Below, in pieces: positions 54,016 through 64,000 of a stretch of 64,000 nucleotides of DNA; within the stretch, counting starts at the first letter, position 1, and each line of letters begins with the position of its first letter. This DNA comes from an uncultured Acidobacteriota bacterium. Its GTDB lineage: Bacteria > Acidobacteriota > Terriglobia > Acidiferrales > UBA7541. The notes under the pieces are model-generated. The model was not told the origin of the DNA. It saw only the letters and a program-made list of their open reading frames with translations, and did not search any database. The stretch spans positions 33,625-97,624 of the forward strand of contig CAVYLM010000002.1 in assembly GCA_963769415.1 (NCBI GenBank). The letters run 5' to 3'. A program made the translations under genes and the position numbers.

Positions 54016-55516
54016 TTACGCGATCGGCGTGCAGACCGACTTTACTTCCGTGTACAGCTCGAGGACTTCGTGGCCCATTTCGCGGCCCCATCCGGACTGC
54101 TTGTAGCCGCCGAAGGGGAGAGCGGCGTCGAAGACGTTGTAACAGTTGATCCAAACGGTGCCGGCGCGGAGCTTCGAAGCGATGCGGTGAGCCTTGGCGA
54201 TGTCGCGCGTCCAAACGCCCGCGGCCAGGCCGTACTCGGTGTTGTTGGCTTTGGCGACGAGGTCGTCGACATCCTTGAACGGGATGGCGGTGACAACGGG
54301 GCCAAAGATTTCCTCGCGCACCACTTTCATTTTTTCGTTGGTGTTGACGAGGACCGTGGGCTTGACGAAGTAGCCCTTGTCGCCGTGGCGGCTGCCGCCA
54401 GTGGTCGCTTTGGCACCCTCGCTGAGGCCGGATTCGAGATAGCCGCAGACGCGGTTGAGCTGCTCTTCGGAAACGAGCGGGCCCATTTCGGTGGTCGGAT
54501 CCATTCCCGGACCGATTTTGATTTTCGACGCGATGTCCGTGACGCCGCTGACGACTTTATCGAACTGCTTGTCTTCGACGTAGAGCCGCGAGCCCGCGCA
54601 GCAGCACTGGCCTTGATTAAAGAAGATGGCCATGGCCGCGCCGGGAATGGTCTGGTCGATGTCGGCGTCCTGGAAGATGACGTTGGGAGATTTTCCGCCG
54701 AGCTCGAGCGAAACTTTCTTCAAGTTGCCCGAGGCGGCTTTCAGGATCAGCTTGCCGACTTCGGTCGAACCGGTGAAGGCGACTTTGTCGACATCGGGGT
54801 GCGCGGAAAGCGCGGCGCCGGCGGTTTCGCCGTAGCCGGGAACAACGTTGACGACGCCGTCTGGAATTCCGGCTTCCTGAACGAGCTCACCGAGCAGTAG
54901 CGCGGTCAGCGGAGTCTGTTCGGCGGGGCTTCAGAACGACGCAACAGCCGGTGGCAAGAGCCGGAGCGAGTTTCCACGCGGCCATCAGCAGAGGGAAATT
55001 CCAGGGAATGATCTGGCCGACGACGCCGACGGGTTCGCGCAGCGTGTAAGCGAAAAATTTGTCGCCCTGGCTGGAAAGCGTGATGGTGTTGCCTTCGATC
55101 TTCGTGGCCCAGCCGGCCATGTAGCGGAACATGTCGACGGTAAGGGGAAGGTCCGCGACGCGCGCGATGGTGACGGGCTTGCCGTTGTCGAGCGATTCGA
55201 GCTGCGCGAATTCCTCGGCGTGCTTTTCGATCAGGTCCGCGAGCTTCCAGATCATGCGGCCGCGCTCGGACGGAGTGAACTTGCGCCACGGGCCGGTTTC
55301 GAACGCTGCGCGAGCAGCGGCTACGGCGCGATTGATGTCTTCCTTGTCGCCTTCAGCCACTCTGGCGAGAATCTCGCCGGTGGCGGGATTGTACGACGGG
55401 AAAGTCTTGCCGGAGGCGGCGTCCACCCACTTTCCGTTGATCAACAGCTGGCGCGTTTTCGCCACGTAGCGCGAAACATTTTCAGTCAGCGGTACCGCTT
55501 GAGTTGCTGTGGCCAT
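54016..55516 (-). CDS. NAD(P)-dependent aldehyde dehydrogenase (one apparent frameshift at 54921-54930)
   Basis: ATG at 55514-55516 follows AAGGAGGA. N-terminal part in track ORF 54887..55630 (..[29 protein letters not shown]). The rest continues after a C4/G4 run ([61 protein letters not shown]). Confidence 0.85.
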
Positions 55517-55937
55517 CTTTTCCTCCTTCTTCTCTAGCTCAAGGAATTTGGAATTCGACAATGTCGAATCGGCGCGGGCGGAGATGCCTGTGTTCGTTTC
55601 ATGGCGACCACCACTGGGGTCGAGCCGCACATCGTGAGATGCGTTTCTACGGGGACGGGCAGCCAGAGGGGCCGCCTTCCCGGCTTGCCTCTGGGCCGGC
55701 CGCGAAAGGTGGCCGGGCGAGCGGTATCGTACGCCAGCGCGGAGGGATTTGACAATAGCCAGCCAGCGGAAGGCTCCTTGTCGAAGTTAGCGACTCGGAA
55801 GTTTCTAGGGCACAACCAGGCAAGTTTGAACCGGCAGTTTTGCGGCTTCCCATGCAGCGATGCCGCCGGCAATTTCACCGACGGGATCAAATCCACTGCG
55901 TTGCAACAAGCTCCGCACCACCCTCACTTGCAGGCCG

Positions 55938-56594
55938 CTACTTTGGCTGGGGAACGATCCGCAGGTACGGCCGGGGGGCCTTCCAGCCGCCAGGGTACTT
56001 TTGCTTGGCTTCTTCTTCCGACACCGCCGGGAGGATGATCACATCGTCGCCCTGTTTCCAGTTCACCGGCGTAGCCACTTTGTGCTTGGCCGTGAGTTGC
56101 ATCGAATCGACGACTCGCAAGACTTCGTCGAAGTTGCGGCCGGTGCTCATCGGGTAGCTGAGCATCAGCTTGATCTTTTTGTCGGGACCGACCACGAATA
56201 CGGTGCGCACAGTGGCGTTCGTCGCAGCGGTGCGGCCTTCGGAACTATTTCCGGCGTCCGCCGGGAGCATGTCATACAGCTTGGCCACCTTGAGTTCCGG
56301 GTCCCCGATCATCGGGTAATTCACCTTGTGTCCCTGCGTTTCTTCGATGTCCGCAGCCCACTTGTTGTGACTGCTCACGGGGTCCACGCTCAGCCCGATG
56401 ATCTTGCAATTGCGCTTCTCGAATTCCGGCTGTAGCCCGGCCATATACCCCAGTTCCGTGGTGCACACAGGGGTAAAGTCCTTGGGGTGCGAAAACAAGA
56501 CGGCCCAGCCGTTGCCGATCCATTCGTGGAAGTTGATCGTCCCCTGCGATGTTTCGGCCGTGAAATTGGGAGCTTCGTCGTTTATGCGCAACAT
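55938..56594 (-). CDS. 1-Cys peroxiredoxin (Prx6 type)
   Basis: ATG at 56592-56594. WAVLFSHPKDFTPVCTTELG..IGLSVD..RTVFVVGPDKKIKL..YPMSTGRNFDEVLRVVDSMQ. Confidence 0.9.
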   Translation of the reverse strand: MLRINDEAPNFTAETSQGTINFHEWIGNGWAVLFSHPKDFTPVCTTELGYMAGLQPEFEKRNCKIIGLSVDPVSSHNKWAADIEETQGHKVNYPMIGDPELKVAKLYDMLPADAGNSSEGRTAATNATVRTVFVVGPDKKIKLMLSYPMSTGRNFDEVLRVVDSMQLTAKHKVATPVNWKQGDDVIILPAVSEEEAKQKYPGGWKAPRPYLRIVPQPK

Positions 56595-56751
56595 AACTGC
56601 CCTCCTGAGGCGGGGAGTATTATACATAGATCGTCCAATGGCGGCGGGCCTACTGGACATATGGCCCGCCGGTCACCTTCGGGATTCCTTCAGCGTCGCG
56701 CGTATCCGTCGTGGCAACCCGTTCAGTGGGGTGCCACCGAGACACAGGAAA

Positions 56752-57240
56752 TTATTCGCCGTTCGATTGGGGACCATTCGCGGGATCGAAATAGTGGGTG
56801 TCGGTGGGGCCGAAGCCGGAGATCTGGACGATGACGGCGTCGCTGGTTGTCTGGGCGAAATGGTCCGTGCCCGCAGGTTCCGAGTAGACGCTTCCGACCG
56901 GGAGAGTCTTCAGGGATTTTGCGTCGAAGCGCTCGCCGTAGCCGAAGTGCCATTGGCCGGAAACGACGGTGGCCATGCGATTGTCGCGATGCGAATGCGC
57001 CTGGATGGTTGTGTGCGGGCCGACGTAGAGCAAGATCGAATAGAAGCCGGCTTTCGAGGGATCGCCGTAGAGGACTTTTGTGTGGACGCCAGAGACGCCG
57101 GAGCTGCCGATTTGATTGTTATCGAGAGGCAGGGCGGCGATTTCGGCGGGAGTCATGCGGATTTGGGGAAGAGACGGCGCGTCGGCGGCGGATGTAGTGA
57201 GTGCGAGGAAGAAAACGAACAGCCAAGCTTTCTTGAACAT
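56752..57240 (-). CDS. Secreted cupin-fold protein
   Basis: ATG at 57238-57240. Signal peptide MFKKAWLFVFFLALTTSAADA. ..HSHRDNRMATVVSGQWHFGYGE.. Confidence 0.65.
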   Translation of the reverse strand: MFKKAWLFVFFLALTTSAADAPSLPQIRMTPAEIAALPLDNNQIGSSGVSGVHTKVLYGDPSKAGFYSILLYVGPHTTIQAHSHRDNRMATVVSGQWHFGYGERFDAKSLKTLPVGSVYSEPAGTDHFAQTTSDAVIVQISGFGPTDTHYFDPANGPQSNGE

Positions 57241-57274
57241 TCCGAGTCTCCGTTGAAAATCAAATGCGTAAACC

Positions 57275-57299
57275 AGCCAATCGGGAGATTGGCGCTCCC
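57275..57299 (+). repeat. Hairpin repeat family A, copy 3
   Basis: agccaatcgggagattggcgctccc. Confidence 0.8.
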
Positions 57300-57343
57300 A
57301 GGAAACTGCGGCACATGGCTCGATCACGCCAAGCACTTGTGCC

Positions 57344-57372
57344 GGGCGTAGCAGTGCTACGCCCCTACAAAG
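57344..57372 (+). repeat. Hairpin-CCCCTAC repeat (family B)
   Basis: gggcgtagcagtgctacgcccctacaaag. Confidence 0.8.
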
Positions 57373-57463
57373 AACTCAGCGGAATTGCACACGACACGCC
57401 AAGCATGAATGCAAAACGGCACCGACACGGTTATCTGTGCCACCGAAGGCAACCCATCGATCG

Positions 57464-58880
57464 TCAGATCGGGTAGTGGGTTGGAGTGCGGCGGATGGTG
57501 ATCCAGCGCAGCTCCGTGAATTCCTGGAGGCCGGCGTGGCCGCCGAATTTGCCGTAGCCGCTGTCCTTCATGCCGCCGAAGGGCATTTGCGGCTCGTCAT
57601 GCACCGTCGCGCCGTTGATGTGGCAGATGCCGAATTCGAGTTTTTCGGCCATGCGGAGGGCACGATTGATGTCGCGGGTAAAGACCGCGCTGGAGAGTCC
57701 GTAGGGCGTGTCGTTGGCGATGCGGAGAGCGTCTTCGGCATCATTGGCGACGACGATCGGCTTCGCGGGGCCGAAGGATTCCTCGCCGTACATGCGCATG
57801 GCGGGCGTTACGCCGTAAACCACGGTCGGCGGATAGCACGGGCCGTTCGCCTTTCCGCCGCAGAGGACTTTCGCGCCCTTGGCGACGGCGTCGTCGACAA
57901 GCTCCTGCACGCGCTTGATCGCGCCGGGATTGATCATGCAGCCGAGCTGCGAATCGGGGCTGAGCGGATCGCCCACTTTCAGCGACTGGCCCCTGGCCGC
58001 GAACTTCTTCGCGAATTCGTCGGCGACGGATTTTTCTACCACGATGCGTTCAGTGGACATGCAGATCTGTCCCTGATTCATGAAGGCGCCGAAATTCGCG
58101 GCGTCGACGGCGGCATCGAGATCAGCATCACCGAGAACGACCATCGGAGCTTTGCCGCCGAGTTCGAGGACGACGCGCTTGAGATGCCGTCCGGCGCTTT
58201 CGGCGATCAGGCGGCCGATTTTCGTCGAGCCGGTGAAGCTGATGCGGCGCGTTGGTGATGACGTTGACGACGCCTTTCGGGAAGCCGGCTTCCTCGAAGA
58301 TGGAGGCGATCATGAGATGCGTGGCCGGACACTCCTCGGACGCTTTGAGTATCACGGTGTTGCCGTAGGCGAGCGGCGCCGCAATGGCGCGAATGCCGAG
58401 AATCATCGGCGCATTCCACGGCGCGATGCCGACGACGACGCCGACGGGCTGGCGAATGGCCATGGCGGTCGTGTCCGGCAGATCGGTGGGAATCACTTCG
58501 CCGACGGCGGCGTAGGCCTGCGCGGCGGCTTCGCGAAGAGCTCCGGCGCTCCAAATGCAATTGAACATGCCCCAGCCGAAGGTCTGGCCGGTTTCTTCGG
58601 CGGTGATTTTCGCCACTTCCTGCATGCGGCGCTCGAGGACGTCGGCGACCTTCAGGAACAGGCCACGGCGGAGAGCCGGCGGCGTGACGCCCCAAGTCTG
58701 GAAGGCGGCGTGAGCGGCCTCGATCGCGCGGCGCGCGTCTTCGCGCTTGCCGGCGGGGACTTGCGAGGCGAATTCGCCGTTGTAGGGATTTTTCTTTGTG
58801 TAGGTTGCGCCGTCGGCGGCGGCGGTCCATTCGCCGTTGATGAATTGCTTTGCGTCGTGCGTTGCGGCTGCCTGTGCCAT
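57464..58880 (-). pseudogene. Aldehyde dehydrogenase (benzaldehyde/vanillin-dehydrogenase-like subgroup) with an internal out-of-frame deletion near 58245-58260
   Basis: ATG at 58878-58880 follows GAGGAG. The N-terminal half (track ORF 58128..58952) ends ..GFPKGVVNVITNAP. The C-terminal half (57464..58144 and upstream in that frame) begins RISFTGSTKIGRLIAESAG..LELGGKAP..NQGQICMSTER. About 14 residues that normally lie between NV(I/V) and (I/V)SFTGS are missing. Confidence 0.75.
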
Positions 58881-59016
58881 GGGGAATCTCCTCTTTCGGC
58901 GGATCTGAAGGTTTGTTCGCTCCACCCTGGGGACGATGGATCCTTGTATCACATTCCGGAGGCGCGGACCACTCGCCGCGGATTAAGCTGTCTCGATGGA
59001 ACGAGCGAGGAGCTGG

Positions 59017-59065
59017 CGAAGCAAGCTTCGCCAGCGTACAGCGGCGGCAAGCCGCCGCACTCCAC
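59017..59065 (+). repeat. Repeat family F, copy 2
   Basis: cgaagcaagcttcgccagcgtacagcggcggcaagccgccgcactccac. Confidence 0.75.
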
Positions 59066-59109
59066 ACGGATCGAGGCGGATGGGCAACGCGTTGCCAAGC
59101 AACTTCGCC

Positions 59110-59139
59110 GGGTACAGCATGCTGTGCCCCTACAAAACC
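59110..59139 (+). repeat. Hairpin-CCCCTAC repeat (family B)
   Basis: gggtacagcatgctgtgcccctacaaaacc. Confidence 0.8.
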
Positions 59140-59195
59140 GGCGGCGGAGCACGGTCGAGAGAATGGATGCGACAGTGCGAAGTATCTGCGCGAAG

Positions 59196-59221
59196 GCGCC
59201 AATCGGGAGATTGACGCTCCC
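59196..59221 (+). repeat. Hairpin repeat family A, copy 4
   Basis: gcgccaatcgggagattgacgctccc (one stem mismatch). Confidence 0.75.
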
Positions 59222-59369
59222 AGGAATTGCGGCGTTTCATCTTGTGAAACGAATTTAATGATGACGCGAGGGGCGGCGAGGGCGCGCGGTGGATTTTAGC
59301 GAAAGATTTCGATAGCATCGCGGGGATTTGGGTCAGTAACCTTTCTGAAAGGAAAAGCCAATACCCGCA

Positions 59370-60059
59370 ATGGGCAAGAATACTGCACGACCGAAGACTT
59401 TGCTGGAATCGCTCGACGCGCTCATCGAGAAGCATCATCTTTCGAAGCACCCGTTCTATCAGGCATGGACCGAGGGCACTCTCACGAAGGAAGCGCTGCA
59501 GCTCTACGCGGAACAGTATTACCAACAGGTCCGCGCGTTTCCCGAAAATTTGAAGCAGCTGGCCGGCCGGGCACAGGGCCCCGTGAAGGAATTGATCGAG
59601 GAAAATCTGGCCGAAGAACTCGATCCTGTGTCGCCGCACCCGATGCTGTGGCGGCAGTTCGGTGAATCGCTCGGAGTGAGCCACGCCGCAATGGCTGATG
59701 CGCGCCCGCTGCCGGGGATCGCCGCGCTACTGGACACGTTTGACGAAGTGTCCTCGAACGGGAGCATGGCGCAGGCCGTAGCCACGTTCTACGCCTACGA
59801 GGCGCAGGTGCCGGAAATCGCCACGCAGAAAATATCCGGGTTGAAGAAGTTCTACGACATCACCGAGCCGCGCGCCCTGGCGTATTTTGCCGTGCACGAG
59901 GAAGCCGACGTGCGCCACCGCGCCGTCTGGCGCTCCTGGCTCGAGAAACAGAATGGCGGGGACAACTTCGAAGTGCTCTGCGCGGCAGAGCGCGGCCTGA
60001 AAGCTCTCTGGAGCGCGCTTGACGCCGTGTACCCGCAATCCTGCGCAGCGAAGAACTAG
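59370..60059 (+). CDS. CADD/PqqC-like haem-oxygenase-fold protein (putative folate/pABA-related)
   Basis: 229 aa. HPFYQAWTEGTLTKEALQLYAEQYYQQVRAFP..EELDP.SPHP.LW..F...LG......A..LP......D.F......GS...A.A..YAYE.Q.PEI...K..GL...Y......ALAYF..H.EADV.H. Matches my memory of the CADD (CT610-like) family. Confidence 0.65.
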   Translation: MGKNTARPKTLLESLDALIEKHHLSKHPFYQAWTEGTLTKEALQLYAEQYYQQVRAFPENLKQLAGRAQGPVKELIEENLAEELDPVSPHPMLWRQFGESLGVSHAAMADARPLPGIAALLDTFDEVSSNGSMAQAVATFYAYEAQVPEIATQKISGLKKFYDITEPRALAYFAVHEEADVRHRAVWRSWLEKQNGGDNFEVLCAAERGLKALWSALDAVYPQSCAAKN

Positions 60060-60226
60060 CTGGCTGTACTGAGGGGGCGCGTCCCGTAACAGGTGGGGGG
60101 GATGCGCCTTTCCGCGAAACGGGCTTTCCCCAAGCTTGATCCCAGCGCGTCCGCACGCACATTGCGCAGGGGCGTTGAATTTTGTCAAAATCTAGCCCGC
60201 TACTTTGGCCGATAAAAGATCCATAG

Positions 60227-61642
<1,416 letters not shown>

Positions 61643-61683
61643 TTCAGCAGGCCGCCATTCGGGCGCCTGCAGATCAAGCAAAA

Positions 61684-61722
61684 GGCCGTCGGAGCAGGAG
61701 TGCTCCGGCGGCCTTTTTTTTT
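61684..61722 (+). terminator. Rho-independent (probably bidirectional) terminator between ligM-like and metF-like genes
   Basis: GGCCGTCGGAGC-aggagt-GCTCCGGCGGCC followed by T9. An A-rich run precedes the stem, which would serve the convergent minus-strand gene. Confidence 0.8.
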
Positions 61723-61825
61723 GCGGGCAGGCGCGCATTGGAAACGGATCAGCGCGAGTAGAATTTTCGTACGTGGCCGTAGTAGAGCCGCCGCAGATTC
61801 AGGCAACCCGCGCCGCGGGCGGCTT

Positions 61826-62710
61826 TTACGATTGCGTGCGCGCCGCGTTGATCCAGTCGATGGTCTTGTTGAAGCCGCCAAAGACGAAGAAGTGCACGCC
61901 CTTGATGCCGAGCGGCAGCTCGGAACCGTTGCCCGGGCCGGCCAGGTTCGCGACTTCGCGGATCAGCGGTTCGGGACCCTTGTCGATCAGCAGCTTGGCG
62001 AACTGCGGCTTTTCGGTGAGCACCTTCATGGAATTGCCCACGCCACAGACCATGGCGTAGCGCGTGAGCGCGATCAGGCCCGCGGGGCCGGCGAATCCCA
62101 GGCGGATGGGATTGTCGATGCCCTGCGCGCGGACTTTGCGAACCCAGTCCACGACCGGCTCGGACGCAAACGCGAACTGGGTGACAATGGTGAGGTTTAG
62201 TCCGTTCTCCCGCGCGAACTTCGTTTTCGCCGTGAGAGCTTCCCAGAGGAGCGGGTCGGGGATCTTCGGATTGCCCTCCGGAAACCCGCCGACGGAAATC
62301 CGCGTGATGCCAGCCTTCTGCAGAATGCCGCTTTGCATCACCGCGAGGCTCGAATCGAACGGGCCGGCGGGCTTGTCGCGGTCGCCCGCGATGATCAGCA
62401 CGCGGTCCACGCCCGCTTCGCGCACCAGTCGCCCCGCCACATCCTCGAGCTGCGCGGCGCTTTCGACGTGCCGCGCGCCGATGTGCGGCGTGGGACAAAG
62501 CCCGGCATCGCGCAGCTTCTTGGCCGGTCCGATCATATCCATCGGATTCTTTCCCGGAATCCAGGTCATGAAAACTTCCGTGCCCGGGCCGAGGCGCTGC
62601 GGCGCAGCGTCGATGATCTTACTTTCGCCGGGATTCACTTCGATCGAAAAACCGCGCAGCATGTCGGCTACGCTGGGCGGAGCGGTAGAAATGTTTGTCA
62701 TGAACGCCAT
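61826..62710 (-). CDS. metF: Methylenetetrahydrofolate reductase family protein
   Basis: FSIEVNPG..VFMTWIPG..HIGARH..VLIIAGD..GFPEGNP..TQFAF..W..VR..GI..PI..G..GP is MTHFR-like. The start could be ATG 62710 or 62701, and a TATAAT lies immediately upstream. Confidence 0.75.
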   Translation of the reverse strand: MAFMTNISTAPPSVADMLRGFSIEVNPGESKIIDAAPQRLGPGTEVFMTWIPGKNPMDMIGPAKKLRDAGLCPTPHIGARHVESAAQLEDVAGRLVREAGVDRVLIIAGDRDKPAGPFDSSLAVMQSGILQKAGITRISVGGFPEGNPKIPDPLLWEALTAKTKFARENGLNLTIVTQFAFASEPVVDWVRKVRAQGIDNPIRLGFAGPAGLIALTRYAMVCGVGNSMKVLTEKPQFAKLLIDKGPEPLIREVANLAGPGNGSELPLGIKGVHFFVFGGFNKTIDWINAARTQS

Positions 62711-62862
62711 TATAATACGGCTCGCAAGACCGGCGTTCCGCGCCCGCTGAACCGGGCTCATCCCCCTGAGTTTCGGTGTTTTACAATGTGAAACGTGAAG
62801 TCACATTGACATTCCCGGCGCTAGTGGAATTACAATAAGAATTCGCCAGGGGGACGGGTAGA

Positions 62863-63684
62863 GTGACGCGGAAAAGTTCGCATTCGGGGCTGAGCAAGCA
62901 GCCAGCGCGCGGGCAGGCCGGCTCGAGCAAGTCGTTGCAGAAAGCCCTGCGCATACTGCTCTACATGGGCGATAACGGGCCCGCCCTGGGCGTGACACAG
63001 CTTGCTTCGGGACTGAACCTGAATAAGACGACGGTGCACCGGCTGCTCCACGCGATGGAGAAGTTCGACCTGATCGAGCGGAATCCGGAAAGCGACCGCT
63101 ACCGGCTGGGATTGAAGCTGCATGAGCTGGGCACTCGGGCGGTGGAATCGCGGACGCTGCGGACGGAGGCGCACCGATTCCTGGTGGAGCTTTCGCGCGC
63201 CACGCACGAAACGGTGAGTCTGGCCGTGCCGGGGATGGGAGGCGTGGTTTGCCTGGACCGCGTGGATTCGCGCGACAGCATGATCACCGTGCGGACGCCG
63301 ATCGGCGCGCGGTTTCCGCCTCATTGCACGGCCGCGGCGAAGGCCACGCTCGCGTATTTGTCCGAGGAAGAGATTGAAGCGATCCTTTCGATCATGGGGC
63401 TGACCGCCTACACGCCGTACACGATGACGACGCTAGCCGAGGTGAAGAAAAATCTGCACGAAGTGGCCGAGCGGGGTTACGCGCTCGACCGGCAAGAGAC
63501 AGAGCGAGGGCTGAGCGGCGTCGCGGCGCCGATTTGGTCGCGGGACGGGCATGTGATCGCCGCGGTCGGGGTCGCCGGCCCGACGCCGCGATTCCGAGGA
63601 AAAGAGCTGGCGCGCAAGATAGCGCTCACGACGGAAACCACCGCCAAAATCTCCGCCAGTTTGGGCTATCAGGCCGGATCTTAA
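62863..63684 (+). CDS. IclR-family transcriptional regulator
   Basis: 273 aa with a GTG start. SLQKALRILLYMGDNGPALGVTQLASGLNLNKTTVHRLLHAMEKFDLIE (wHTH). C-terminal effector domain ..GYALDRQETERGLSGVAAPIW...G.VIAAVGVAGP..R. Confidence 0.88.
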   Translation: MTRKSSHSGLSKQPARGQAGSSKSLQKALRILLYMGDNGPALGVTQLASGLNLNKTTVHRLLHAMEKFDLIERNPESDRYRLGLKLHELGTRAVESRTLRTEAHRFLVELSRATHETVSLAVPGMGGVVCLDRVDSRDSMITVRTPIGARFPPHCTAAAKATLAYLSEEEIEAILSIMGLTAYTPYTMTTLAEVKKNLHEVAERGYALDRQETERGLSGVAAPIWSRDGHVIAAVGVAGPTPRFRGKELARKIALTTETTAKISASLGYQAGS

Positions 63685-63797
63685 TCGTTTCCGCTCACGT
63701 TCGGATTCGCTTCACCCGCCGAAGGAAATCTGCTGACCGAAAACGAGCAGTGGGCTAAGCTACGTCTCGTTGTAGAGGCGGCCCGCAGGGTTTGGGG

Positions 63798-64000
63798 ATG
63801 GGTTTACCGGCGGGCGGGGTCCTTCGGGCTCAAGACTTGAACCTGCACCTCAACTACACACGAAAAGATTCGGCGCCCGCAACCACCAGCGATGTGGTCG
63901 CGACGGTGCTGTCGCTGCTCGAGGAAGGACATCTGAACGCGGCGCAGTTCGCGCGGCTGCAGATTCATCTCGATTGGCTGCAATACAAGCACAACTTTCG
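63798..64000 (+). CDS. 5' part of an unidentified ORF running off the window
   Basis: My own translation from ATG 63798: MGLPAGGVLRAQDLNLHLNYTRKDSAPATTSDVVATVLSLLEEGHLNAAQFARLQIHLDWLQYKHNF.., open to the window end. I recognised no family. Confidence 0.3.
   Translation, partial: MGLPAGGVLRAQDLNLHLNYTRKDSAPATTSDVVATVLSLLEEGHLNAAQFARLQIHLDWLQYKHNF

Overview
This is a high-GC bacterial chromosomal window. The gene content suggests Acidobacteriota: a TIGR03436-type VWA protein, many PilZ/STAS/TPR proteins, sigma-54 activators, MglA, and dense hairpin repeats that translate as Arg/Pro-rich pseudo-ORFs. That assignment is inference only, since no search was run. About 60 protein-coding genes are supported. 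I saw no rRNA, tRNA or CRISPR. The ORF track treats GTG/TTG as starts, and many long track ORFs are antisense artefacts of high GC.

Layout:
- 0.3-22 kb: housekeeping and regulatory genes (csp, a STAS/RsbW pair, comM, TPR, AI-2E transporter, Lon-like protease, VWA, queF, HEAT-PilZ, mltG, ruvX, M28 peptidase, LuxR).
- 22.6-34.3 kb: cytochrome c, ppk2, a duplicated cassette of Gln-rich secreted proteins with tiny membrane proteins, SYLF, two Crp-type regulators, a Met-rich periplasmic protein, SDR and STAS proteins. Near-identical inverted 126-bp MITE-like elements bracket this block.
- 34.7-39.3 kb: a translationally coupled operon of two thymidylate-kinase-like proteins, Ppx/GppA and SixA, facing a CHAD protein.
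- 39.3-47.5 kb: a c-di-GMP/sigma-54 regulatory node (GGDEF-PilZ, two PilZ, HK, NtrC-type RR, a second bEBP, LuxR-RR).
- 47.5-51.5 kb: a visibly lower-GC island with a REP-associated tyrosine transposase bracketed by two repeat families, IS remnants and orphan ORFs.
- 51.8-64 kb: mglA, cupins, two aldehyde dehydrogenases, a peroxiredoxin, a CADD-like protein, and a LigM-like THF-dependent O-demethylase with metF and an IclR regulator.

Most interesting:
- the Tmk-like pair wired to polyphosphate genes;
- the Gln-rich/orphan-domain cassette;
- the RAYT/REP island with an 'empty' repeat junction;
- several families of strand-biased hairpin repeats;
- an unusual number of interrupted conserved genes. 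The Lon-like gene has at least 4 frame changes, four other genes have one each, and one ALDH has an internal deletion. These are either real decay or assembly indels.
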